From positions 62,001 to 126,000 of the IMG/VR virus record IMGVR_UViG_2721755777_000003: DNA of 64,000 nt. One strand, 5' to 3'. This document shows positions 38,927 through 48,600 of this stretch, in pieces (position 1 is the first letter of the stretch; the number at the start of each line of letters is the position of its first letter). The stretch is from an uncultured virus (IMG/VR IMGVR_UViG_2721755777_000003) (taxonomy: Duplodnaviria; Heunggongvirae; Uroviricota; Caudoviricetes). Both the position numbers and the translations under genes were made by a program. The notes beneath the pieces are model-generated. The model worked only from the letters and a program-made list of their open reading frames with translations, ran no database searches and had not been told where the DNA came from.

Positions 38927-38997
38927 TTAGAGGGGAAGTATCCCCTCTCCTTTTTAAATAAAAGTCAGTTTTTAAACAGACTTAGGAGGTGGAGTTG

Positions 38998-39354
38998 TTG
39001 ACAGAAACCGATGAAAATATTTTAAAAACCATTCCAGATAAAGCAACCTTTACATTCCACGAAGCAACAACTGCCCCGTCTGAAGGTGAAGAATTTGTAG
39101 TATCACATTATCGGGATATTACTGTTAAGATCTCTGGTTCCTCAACTTCAAGAGAAATAAAATTCTTTGCCGTAGATGAAAATGGTGAAAAGACAGAAAT
39201 TGCTGGAACAAACAAAACTGATTTTCAATTAGGTACGGGCACATTGAATACAAATGAAAACTGGGATTTCGATATTGCGGGGCTTTTCAAATTCATGGTT
39301 GAGGTTGTTTCCGTAAATGGAGATGTAACGATTAAAGGAATTGCGGTGAGTTAA
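38998..39354 (+). CDS. yomS: YomS-like tail protein
   Basis: Size and synteny upstream of the fibre gene. Confidence 0.6.
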   Translation: MTETDENILKTIPDKATFTFHEATTAPSEGEEFVVSHYRDITVKISGSSTSREIKFFAVDENGEKTEIAGTNKTDFQLGTGTLNTNENWDFDIAGLFKFMVEVVSVNGDVTIKGIAVS

Positions 39355-40685
39355 TGAGTAGCAGTAAATTTGTAGGTCAGCTTAAACAAAACAATGAGCA
39401 AATTAATAATCTTAAAGATCAATTTTTCAGAACTGAATCTCATATGTCAGATCATGAAAAACGCTTGAATGACAAAGTTGATGAGTTCATGGAAAAGCAG
39501 AATTTCGATTTCAAAATGCACATTCAAAACAATGAGAATCCACATCAAGTTACAAAAGAACAAATTGGATTATCAAATGTTCTTAATGAAGAGCAAGCCA
39601 CAAAGGTGGCTTTTGATGGCCATCTTGACGATAAGAAAAATCCCCATTCAGTTACTAAAAGCCAAGTTGGTTTGTCTAAGGTTGATAACATTCAGCAAGC
39701 AGCGAAAATTGATTTTGACGCTCACGATGCAGACCTCGATCGACATATCACAAAGGATGAGCGCAGTTATTGGAACAGCTCCGATGAAAGGTCAAAGTCT
39801 TTTTTAGCTGAACATACAAACGATCAATCAAACCCTCACAAGGTAACTGCTGAACAGGTTGGGCTTGGTAGTGTGGACAATGTAAAGCAAGCTGCTAAAA
39901 GTGATTTTGATAATCACCTGAACGATACCAATGTTCATATAAGCAAGCCTGATCGAGAAAAATGGGACGCCGCTCAACTCTTCAAACTTACAGGCGATGA
40001 TGGGAAAGTAATCTACAAAAACAGTACCGAAAAAACAGAATACAACGATTTGATTACCACCGGGTTTTATTTAATCGGCAACCAGGGGCTCCATTCTCCT
40101 GCTAACTTGTCCAATGTTTATTTGGTTGTCATGAATTATGGTGATACAGTAGCCCAATTTGCTTTAGAAGCATATTACGGAACGCATACTTATTTCCGAT
40201 TTAGGAAAAGCGATTTAACTTGGACTACGTGGCAAACACATGAAACGACTGATGGAGCACAGGTCAGAGCTAATACTGCACTCAACTCAGCTAAAACCTA
40301 TACAGATACCAAGCTTTCCTCAATGACATGGTACACTCCTACTTTGCAGAATGGATGGGTTAATTACACTGATGCTAACTCTACAGATCAAACAATATAT
40401 AAAACTCGATACACAAAGGACGCTACAGGAACTGTCTTTGTAGAGGGCGCTATAGCAAAAGGAACAATTGGCTTTGAAGTAGCAGCATTCACTTTGCCTG
40501 AAGGATACAGGCCTGGACGGGCGTTTCAATGGGTTGGTGTGGCTTCCCAATCAGGAATGTCAGGTATACCGCAAACTTATAGAGCGCTTATTGACACTGA
40601 CGGAAAAGTTATTATAGAAAATAGCTCAAACACCTCCAAACCCAATGATTACATTAGCTTAGGCTTTAGTTTTAAAGCCGTGTAG
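39354..40685 (+). CDS. yomR: Tail fibre/baseplate protein (YomR-like)
   Basis: Three NPHxVTxxQxGL repeats; C-terminal LQNGW..FTLPEGYRP fibre-tip motifs. Confidence 0.75.
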   Translation: MSSSKFVGQLKQNNEQINNLKDQFFRTESHMSDHEKRLNDKVDEFMEKQNFDFKMHIQNNENPHQVTKEQIGLSNVLNEEQATKVAFDGHLDDKKNPHSVTKSQVGLSKVDNIQQAAKIDFDAHDADLDRHITKDERSYWNSSDERSKSFLAEHTNDQSNPHKVTAEQVGLGSVDNVKQAAKSDFDNHLNDTNVHISKPDREKWDAAQLFKLTGDDGKVIYKNSTEKTEYNDLITTGFYLIGNQGLHSPANLSNVYLVVMNYGDTVAQFALEAYYGTHTYFRFRKSDLTWTTWQTHETTDGAQVRANTALNSAKTYTDTKLSSMTWYTPTLQNGWVNYTDANSTDQTIYKTRYTKDATGTVFVEGAIAKGTIGFEVAAFTLPEGYRPGRAFQWVGVASQSGMSGIPQTYRALIDTDGKVIIENSSNTSKPNDYISLGFSFKAV

Positions 40686-40695
40686 GGAGAATATT

Positions 40696-40974
40696 ATGAT
40701 GCAAGTATACAAATATGACGAAAATTATATTTATGAATCCCCTGTTGTACTTGAAGACGATAGTCCGCTTCCTGATAATTGCACTACTATAGCTCCATCC
40801 GATGGTCTTTATATTCCCAAATTCAGTCCTAAAACGAAAAAATGGATTGAGTCCGCCTCAAAAGAATACATTGACAGTTTAAAACCACTTGATCCCGAGC
40901 CATCGGAAGCTGAAAAGGTTAAAAAACAATTAAGTGACTTAACATATCAACTAATGATGGATGGTGTACTTTAA
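40696..40974 (+). CDS. yomQ: Tail fibre assembly protein (YomQ-like)
   Basis: PDNCTTIAP..WIE motif; synteny. Confidence 0.65.
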   Translation: MMQVYKYDENYIYESPVVLEDDSPLPDNCTTIAPSDGLYIPKFSPKTKKWIESASKEYIDSLKPLDPEPSEAEKVKKQLSDLTYQLMMDGVL

Positions 40975-41127
40975 TTGAATTGGTATGAACTTATAAAAGA
41001 TTATTACAACGATGGCAATGGTGTGTGGGATGAATATCGTGTAGCTCAAGCTGTAGTCAAAGGCAAAATTACACCAGAACAGTACGAAGAAATTGTTGGA
41101 AAAATATATATTGAACCAACTACCTAA
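40975..41127 (+). CDS. yomP: XkdX-family protein, 50 aa
   Basis: Read manually: MNWYELIKDYY..AVVKGKITPEQYEEIVG. Confidence 0.75.
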   Translation: MNWYELIKDYYNDGNGVWDEYRVAQAVVKGKITPEQYEEIVGKIYIEPTT

Positions 41128-41145
41128 TTATGATAATTTTAGGTT

Positions 41146-41994
41146 ATGAAAATAATAAATTTTATAACATTAACCGTTGCTTTAGTCATACTAGGAGGAT
41201 GTTCATTTAACGAAGTTGATTCATCAGCTTTAGGCTATGGAAAAGGAAACAGTAAAAAATATGAGCCGTTAATGATTGCACATCGAGGCGCATCAGAAAT
41301 TGAGCCAGAGCATACCTTACTCTCCTATGAACGAGCAATAAAAGACAAAGCAGACTACATTGAAATTGATTTAAGACAAACCAAAGACGGTCATCTAGTC
41401 GCAAATCATGATAAGACTGTTGATCGAACCACAAACGGCAAAGGAGAAGTTGAGGATCTTACATTAGATCAGATTAAAAAGCTACGTACTGAAAAAGGGC
41501 AAAATATCTTAACGATTGAAGAAATCATTAAAAAGTTTGGACAAACTACAAACTATTATATCGAGACTAGAACAAACAACAAAGGCAAATTAGTAATGGA
41601 GAAAAAGTTAATTGACATACTCTCTAAAAATAAACTAATCGCTAATAACAAAGTTGTTCTAGAATCATTTAGTGACAAAAGTCTAAAGAAATTACATAAG
41701 CTTAACAGCCATGTGCCTCTTGTTCAACTTTTAAAAGATGAAGACGTAAAGAATATGAGCAATTCAAAGCTAAAAGAAATAAAAAAATATTCTAATGTTG
41801 TTGGCCCTAATGCCAAATTGGTTGATAAAGATTTTGTTGAGAAAGTCCACAATAACCATATGAAAGTACATGTGTTTTTTGATACTGATAAAGAAAGAAC
41901 ATACACTTCCAAAATGCTGAAGTTAAAAGTTGATGGACTATTCACAAATAATCCAGCTTATACAGAAAAAGTTCTAAAAGAAGATTATAAATAA
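41146..41994 (+). CDS. Lipoprotein glycerophosphodiester phosphodiesterase (GDPD)
   Basis: Lipobox LGGC; IAHRGAS, PEHT, IEIDL..TKDG, HD, DGLFTN motifs. Confidence 0.92.
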   Translation: MKIINFITLTVALVILGGCSFNEVDSSALGYGKGNSKKYEPLMIAHRGASEIEPEHTLLSYERAIKDKADYIEIDLRQTKDGHLVANHDKTVDRTTNGKGEVEDLTLDQIKKLRTEKGQNILTIEEIIKKFGQTTNYYIETRTNNKGKLVMEKKLIDILSKNKLIANNKVVLESFSDKSLKKLHKLNSHVPLVQLLKDEDVKNMSNSKLKEIKKYSNVVGPNAKLVDKDFVEKVHNNHMKVHVFFDTDKERTYTSKMLKLKVDGLFTNNPAYTEKVLKEDYK

Positions 41995-42012
41995 AATACA
42001 AGTTTTATTTAG

Positions 42013-42042
42013 ACACCTCTCCCCTATTGAGGTGTCTTTTTT
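42013..42042 (+). terminator. Terminator after GDPD
   Basis: AGACACCTC..GAGGTGTCT plus T-tract. Confidence 0.8.
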
Positions 42043-42076
42043 AATGTGTGCAGAGGATATATAAGGAGGAAATGAG

Positions 42077-42562
42077 ATGGCATCGAAAAAATTAAATCTT
42101 GGGTTAATCGAAGAAAGTGTAAGTAAATATGACAAGAAAGAACGAGTGCAACTAACTGATGACGTTCATGTTTTTATTTACCCTTACTTCTCCCCTACCC
42201 GCTTAACCAAAATGCTTACTGAATTAATTACTGATCCACAAAATGCTCAAGAAAAAAACATTGACTTTAAAAGCATAAATCCTGTTCAATGGGGATTCTT
42301 TTCACTAATTAAAGAATTTACAGACTTGGGTATTCCAAGTGATATCAAAAACAAAGTAAAGTGGTTTGTTAAGCTTGTGGACTCTGAATTTTTCCCATTG
42401 ATTATCAGTAGTTTCCCTGAGGAAAGCATGAAGAAATTTAGAGAAGCAACAAAGATGATGCAAGAAAATTTAGACAAACTGTCAAACATATCTCAAGAAG
42501 AAATAAATGATCTTATCCTTAATAAGGTCGAAGAGATTGAAAATGAACAAGAGGCTGAATAA
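42077..42562 (+). CDS. yomO: YomO-like protein (possible tail assembly chaperone)
   Basis: Synteny and size. Confidence 0.55.
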   Translation: MASKKLNLGLIEESVSKYDKKERVQLTDDVHVFIYPYFSPTRLTKMLTELITDPQNAQEKNIDFKSINPVQWGFFSLIKEFTDLGIPSDIKNKVKWFVKLVDSEFFPLIISSFPEESMKKFREATKMMQENLDKLSNISQEEINDLILNKVEEIENEQEAE

Positions 42563-42978
42563 TGGCCAAGAATATAAAAGATATAGCAGCACTAATTGAA
42601 TATGCCGCGAAGCAAGCCGTTCAAAAACAGGCAAACACAAAAAATACGCTGATTAAAACAGGTCAAGAGCATGTGCAATCTGATGTGTACGACGCCTACA
42701 ATCCCCTAGAATATGAACGTACATCTCTTTTGAAGGACTCCTTTGTCATTCAAAACGAATCTAACGGAATTTCATTAGACAATACCCGTGGAGACAACGG
42801 TAAGAATGTTGCCACGGTTGTTGAGACTGGTCAAGGGTACACGTATCCAGATAAATACGATTATGGATACGGAAAACCACGCCCATATATGAAGAATACT
42901 GCTGACTCCTTAAAAGATGGACGATTAGTTGCTGCTATGAAAAAAGATTTAAATGCAAGTGGTATTAAAACAGAATAA
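42562..42978 (+). CDS. yomN: YomN-like protein (HK97 gp10-like)
   Basis: YERT..L and KPRPYM motifs. Confidence 0.6.
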   Translation: MAKNIKDIAALIEYAAKQAVQKQANTKNTLIKTGQEHVQSDVYDAYNPLEYERTSLLKDSFVIQNESNGISLDNTRGDNGKNVATVVETGQGYTYPDKYDYGYGKPRPYMKNTADSLKDGRLVAAMKKDLNASGIKTE

Positions 42979-42991
42979 CGGTGGTGTATTA

Positions 42992-43993
42992 ATGGCCAGA
43001 GAAATAAAACAAAACATGATGCGCTCTAGAGCCGAAAAGTTGCCCGAAGTCACGGATGAAATGTGGGGTCAGGTTGATGACGAGCATAGAAGCTTAACAC
43101 AAGAATTTCTTGATGCCCACTCATTCCGAGATAAAACCAGGAAGCAATACAACTCCTCTCTTCGTCAGTTCTTCTGGTGGGTGCATAATTCCTTGAATGG
43201 GAAGAAGCTTTACAAAATATCCAAAAGGGATTTCATCAGATATCAAAGCTTCCTGAAAAATAGAGGGATGTCTTCAAGTGGAATCGCTTTAAAAAAGGCT
43301 GGAGTATCTTCTTTAAATAACTATATCGAGAATGTTGTTGCTGAAGATGACGATAATTATAAGTCATTCAGGAACTTCACAAGAGGTCTTCCTGCCATCC
43401 CTAAAACAACTACGTATGAAAAAGTAAAAGTTACTTACGATGAATACAGAACAATGATGAAAGTGCTTGAAGAAGATAAGAACTATTTGGGGATGGCTTG
43501 GTTAGCTACTGCTTTTAATGTAGGTGCCAGAAGAGCTGAAATTATTCAGTTTAAAACCGAAATCCTGAATTATGAGATACCTGAAGGTCAATCTTATGTC
43601 ATGGCTCACAAAGTTCTTGGAAAAGGAAAAGGCGAAGGAAAACCCCTCGACTACATGATTAACACAGAAGCACTGGAATATTTGAAGCTTTGGCACGAAC
43701 AACGGGGATATGACCATGAATATCTATTTACTACACAGTACGGTGGCCAACCAAGACAAATGTCAGAGGGTTGGGCTGACTATTTTTGTTCTGATGTTCT
43801 TTCTGATATCCTTGGCCGCCGCATTAACCCTCACCTCTTTAAAGCCTCCTGTATTACTTACCTTCTTGAAGTCAAGAAAATTAAGATTGAGCTCGTGAGT
43901 AAATATGTTGCACAGCATAATGATGTGTCTACAACAATTAAGCATTACGACCTTCGTGATTTTAAAGAAGAAAAGAATCAAATCTTCTCGTAA
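42992..43993 (+). CDS. yomM: Tyrosine recombinase in the tail region
   Basis: 333 aa; GARRAE, GKG, HLFK, QH and HY catalytic motifs (K in place of the HxxR arginine). Confidence 0.85.
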   Translation: MAREIKQNMMRSRAEKLPEVTDEMWGQVDDEHRSLTQEFLDAHSFRDKTRKQYNSSLRQFFWWVHNSLNGKKLYKISKRDFIRYQSFLKNRGMSSSGIALKKAGVSSLNNYIENVVAEDDDNYKSFRNFTRGLPAIPKTTTYEKVKVTYDEYRTMMKVLEEDKNYLGMAWLATAFNVGARRAEIIQFKTEILNYEIPEGQSYVMAHKVLGKGKGEGKPLDYMINTEALEYLKLWHEQRGYDHEYLFTTQYGGQPRQMSEGWADYFCSDVLSDILGRRINPHLFKASCITYLLEVKKIKIELVSKYVAQHNDVSTTIKHYDLRDFKEEKNQIFS

Positions 43994-43998
43994 ACATT

Positions 43999-44253
43999 AT
44001 GAGTCTCTTCAATCCTCACCAAAGTTCAATTGAGAATATGCAACAGCAAATTGATGAATTGGCCGAAGCTGTTGCTGAATTAACTAGGCTGCTTGATACT
44101 AAAGCAGATAGGAATCAATTCGGGTCTAAACAGATTGATGAATCCAAAATCAGTGATGGTAAGGTTCTTGTTTACAACGGAAGTACCGGTAAACTTGAAT
44201 ACGGAAAGATTAAGAAAAGCCTGCTGGGAGACATATCAATTGATTTGCTTTAG
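43999..44253 (+). CDS. Hypothetical protein
   Basis: 84-aa ORF. Confidence 0.55.
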   Translation: MSLFNPHQSSIENMQQQIDELAEAVAELTRLLDTKADRNQFGSKQIDESKISDGKVLVYNGSTGKLEYGKIKKSLLGDISIDLL

Positions 44254-44375
44254 GCAGCACTCTTTATGAAATCCCTCTTTTATTCAGAATCAAAATCCTT
44301 CAATTGAGGGATTTTGCTTATGGATAAAACTTAAACATGTTTCCATATTTGACGATAATATGGAGAGGTGATTGT

Positions 44376-44849
44376 ATGGAAGCAGTTAAGGCCTATAAGA
44401 ATATTTATAAACATAAATTTGCTGAAAAATTAATATGCTCCAGTAATGAAGAGCTCCTTAAATTTATCGAAGAAGAATTCCCTAGAAAGCCTATCAGTTC
44501 TTATAATACTTACAAACAAAAAATAGAGGCACTGAGCACCTTAGATGACACAGAATTAAATTTAGCAATAGCTAGAATGACCAATATTGAAAATATACAC
44601 GATCACACCAAACTTTGGCCTGTTGGAAGTTTATTAGTAGCCACCTCTTTTATTGCTCTACAAATCATATTAAAAGTGAATATAACAAAAATAGATAAAG
44701 ACAACTATCTTAACGCTTTGTACTATGTTTTGTTGGCTATGGCTGTGTGTTTATCATTCTTATTAAGTATGCAAAAAGAAAGAAAAAAAGTAGTAACGGC
44801 AAGCTTTTTCAAGGAATTGTTGATTCAAATTAAGTCAGATAAGGATTAA
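44376..44849 (+). CDS. Two-TM membrane protein (moron)
   Basis: ATG after GGAGAGGTG; two hydrophobic helices. Confidence 0.65.
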   Translation: MEAVKAYKNIYKHKFAEKLICSSNEELLKFIEEEFPRKPISSYNTYKQKIEALSTLDDTELNLAIARMTNIENIHDHTKLWPVGSLLVATSFIALQIILKVNITKIDKDNYLNALYYVLLAMAVCLSFLLSMQKERKKVVTASFFKELLIQIKSDKD

Positions 44850-44916
44850 TGTTGGGTTATTCTAACTTACTGGAAACCATGATATAATGTAGGAAAATAA
44901 TACTGGTGGTGGTTGG

Positions 44917-45597
44917 ATGGGTTATAAGATTATGGCTTATGGCGGCTATTTTTTATTCAGCCTTTTCTTCTGTTTAATGGATGGTTGGAAACCTCTGGGA
45001 GTTTGCTTGACAATCCTAGGCTTACTTATATTAGCTACTGAACCGTACAGGATAAAATCCGCAGCACTTGCAGATAAGATTAGAAAAAATGCTGAAATGC
45101 TAAAGGCCTACGATAGCGAATTTAATCCTGATAATTTCTTTAGCACTTATAAAACCAAAATTGCTTATAATGAAGATAAGAGTATTCTTAAGGTATATCA
45201 GCTTAATGGCGAAGAAATAAACGAGTATGTTATCCCTTTTGACCAAATTATTCAATCTGAAATCTCACTGGATGATCAGGTGATTTCGAAGGTTGCCAAA
45301 TCAGGGATTATTGCTGGAGGATTATTAGGTGGTGGAATCGGTGCAGCAATTGGCGGTTTGTCAGCCTCCTCTACTCAAACAGAAATGGTGAAGTCAATTA
45401 CGCTTAAAATTACAGTCGAAAACCTCAAAAATCCTATACACTATATCCACTTCCTTCCTTCTCGTGAGGATGATGGATATGAACCTCAAGGTTATAAAAA
45501 AGACGGTAATATAATTCAACAGGCTTTGAAAAACGCCGAATATTGGCAAAGTGTTATGGATGTAATTATCAAGAAAACAAGTACAGTCGCTCAATAA
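44917..45597 (+). CDS. yomJ: YomJ-like membrane protein (putative immunity/superinfection protein)
   Basis: 226 aa, N-terminal TMs, glycine zipper; own TGaTATAAT promoter and terminator; lies before the tape measure gene. Confidence 0.7.
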   Translation: MGYKIMAYGGYFLFSLFFCLMDGWKPLGVCLTILGLLILATEPYRIKSAALADKIRKNAEMLKAYDSEFNPDNFFSTYKTKIAYNEDKSILKVYQLNGEEINEYVIPFDQIIQSEISLDDQVISKVAKSGIIAGGLLGGGIGAAIGGLSASSTQTEMVKSITLKITVENLKNPIHYIHFLPSREDDGYEPQGYKKDGNIIQQALKNAEYWQSVMDVIIKKTSTVAQ

Positions 45598-45655
45598 TTT
45601 GAGTGGCTTTTTTATTTGCTCTGATTAGCCCCACTTGAAAGGATGTGACTTATTT

Positions 45656-48600
45656 TTGAGTCAAGATTTAAAAATAATATTGACCCCAAAAGCTGATACC
45701 TCCTCAAAGACTGTCGAACAGTTAAATCAGCAAATTAAATCTTTAGAGAAAAAGCTTAATTCCCTTAATTTAAAGACCAATATTGATGCCTCTGCTTTAA
45801 AGACTCTCAACGACTTCTCCTCTGCGGTTGACACTTACCAAAAACATCTCAAATCCTTCAATCAAACAATTAAAGAAACTACAATGATTACCAGAAATGC
45901 TGATGGTACTGTTGAAAAACTTACGCAGCAGTATAAGAAAAATGGCGAAATCATTCAGCGTGAAACAAAGACCATAGACAATCGCAATCAATCATTACGA
46001 GAACAAACGCAAGAAGTTAACAGGCTTGCTCAAGCGACTGAAAAACTAGGTCAGGTACAGAAAAGAACAGAACAGAAGAATTCTCAAGGACAAACAACGA
46101 GGGTTACTCAAAAGAACCGCAATGGCTTCGATGATATAACATATACGACTGATCCAAAAACAAACGCTACTACGTCAAAAGTAACAACGAATTATGATCA
46201 ACAACGAAAAGCTATTGAACAATTAAAGCTAGATTTAGAAAAACTTAGACAGCAAGGAATTGTAACTGACACCACCCTCTCTTCTCTTGGACGGAAATTA
46301 AACACTGCTCAAACAGCTCAACAAATTGAAGCATTACAAAACAGAATTAAAATGCTCGATGATAAGTCTGCTGCTGTAGCTAAAAATAATGAACTCCGAA
46401 AAACTATTGAGCTTTATCAACGGCAAGCGCAGGTAAACGTACAAAACCTTAATACGCGTTATGGCGATACGATGGGCGCTGGAAGTAGACAAGCTATCCA
46501 AGAATATCTGAATGAAGTTAATAGTCTTAACGTAAGTGTCGGCGGAAGCAATATCAGATCTCAAATGCAAAGCTTGAACATGCAATTCAGGGAATTGGCT
46601 TCAAATGCGCAATCAGCAGCTAGTCAAGCCTCTTCTTTCGGCGCGGAGCTAACACAAGCTTTCAAAAGTATGTCTACATATTTAATCTCTGGTTCTTTGT
46701 TCTACGGCGCTATATCTGGACTCAAGGAAATGGTATCTCAGGCTGTTGAAATTGATACTCTAATGACAAACATCAGACGTGTGATGAATGAGCCTGATTA
46801 CAAGTACAATGAACTTCTTCAAGAGTCAATCGATTTAGGTGACACACTTTCAAACAAAATCACTGACATTCTCCAAATGACCGGTGATTTCGGGCGTATG
46901 GGCTTCGATGAAAGTGAATTGTCCACTCTAACAAAAACCGCCCAGGTTCTACAAAACGTCTCTGACTTAACTCCTGATGACACAGTTAACACTTTAACTG
47001 CCGCCATGTTAAACTTCAATATTGCAGCCAATGATACAATTTCAATTGCAGACAAGCTAAATGAAGTGGATAACAATTACGCAGTAACTACTCTTGATCT
47101 GGCCAATTCTATTCGGAAAGCAGGAAGCACCGCTTCGACTTTCGGCGTTGAATTAAACGATCTGATTGGTTATACTACAGCAATTGCAAGTACCACTCGT
47201 GAATCAGGAAACGTTGTTGGTAACTCACTTAAAACTATTTTTGCCCGGATAGGAAACAACCGAAGCGCAATCAAAGCGTTGGATGAAATCGGAATTTCTG
47301 TAAAGACTGCAGGTGGAGAAGCAAAATCTGCGAGTGAGTTGATTAATGAGGTAGCAGCCAAATGGAACACATTAACTGATGCTCAAAGACAAAACACTTC
47401 TATTGGCGTTGCGAATATCCATCAATTGTCTCGATTTAATGCCTTAATGAACAACTTCTCTATCGCCCAAAATGCCGCAACAACTGCTTCTAATTCTGCA
47501 GGTAGCGCTTGGAGCGAACAACAGAAATACGCAGATAGCTTACAAGCAAGATTAAATAAACTTCAAAACAATTTCACCGAATTGGCTATAGCTTCATCGG
47601 ATGCCTTTATTAGCGACGGATTGATTGAGTTCACTCAAGCTCTGGGTTCTTTGTTAAAAGCATCTACTGGAATAATAAACACTGTTGGTTTCCTCCCCCC
47701 TCTTTTTGTAACGATTAGCACCGCTACATTGTTACTCAGTAAAAACACTCGAACTTTAGCTACTACTCTTATATTTGGCTCAAAAGCAATGAGACAAGAA
47801 GCATTAGCTAGCATCGGATTAGAAGCAGGTATGACCCGCGCTGCTATTGCATCAAGGGTTTTGAAAACTGCTCTTAGAGGGCTTCTGGTTTCCTCAGTGG
47901 TTGGGGTTGCATTTGTTGCACTGGGCTTTGCTTTAGAAAGCGTAGTTTCATCATTCGCAGATGCCAAAAAAGCTAAAGATGATTTTGAACAGAGTCAACA
48001 GACTAATGTTGAAGCAATTACAACCAACAAAGACTCCACAGATAAACTGATCAAACAGTACAAAGAGCTTCAAAAAGCTAAGGAATCAAGAACCCTTTCA
48101 TCAGACGAAGAACAAGAATACCTTCAAGTTACTCAGCAATTGGCTCAGACATTCCCCGCTTTAATTCAAGGTTATGACTCTCAAGGAAATGCAATTTTAA
48201 AAAGTAATAAAGCTTTAGAAGAAGCTATTGAGAACACTAAAGAATACCTTGAACTTAAAAAGACGGAAACTAAAGACAGCGCCAAGAAAACTTTCGAGGA
48301 CGCTTCTAAAGAAATTAAAAAGTCTAAAGATGAGTTGAAGCAATACAAACAAATTGCTGATTATAATGATAAAGGCAGACCAAAATGGGACTTCCTTGCT
48401 GATGATGAAGATTATAAAATCGCTGCAGATAAAGCGAAGCAAGGTATGCTTAAAGCACAATCTGACATAGCAAGTGGAAATGCAAAGGTTAGAGACAGTG
48501 TTCTCTCAATCGCCCAAGCATACAGTTCTATAGATATCAGCAATACTTTAAAAACGAGTATCAATGACATTGTAGGTAAACTCACTTTAAAAGATGATTT

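Noticed and set aside
42992..43993. YomM as the prophage integrase marking a boundary
   Set aside because: It sits inside the tail operon with phage genes on both sides; SPbeta integration uses a separate terminal recombinase
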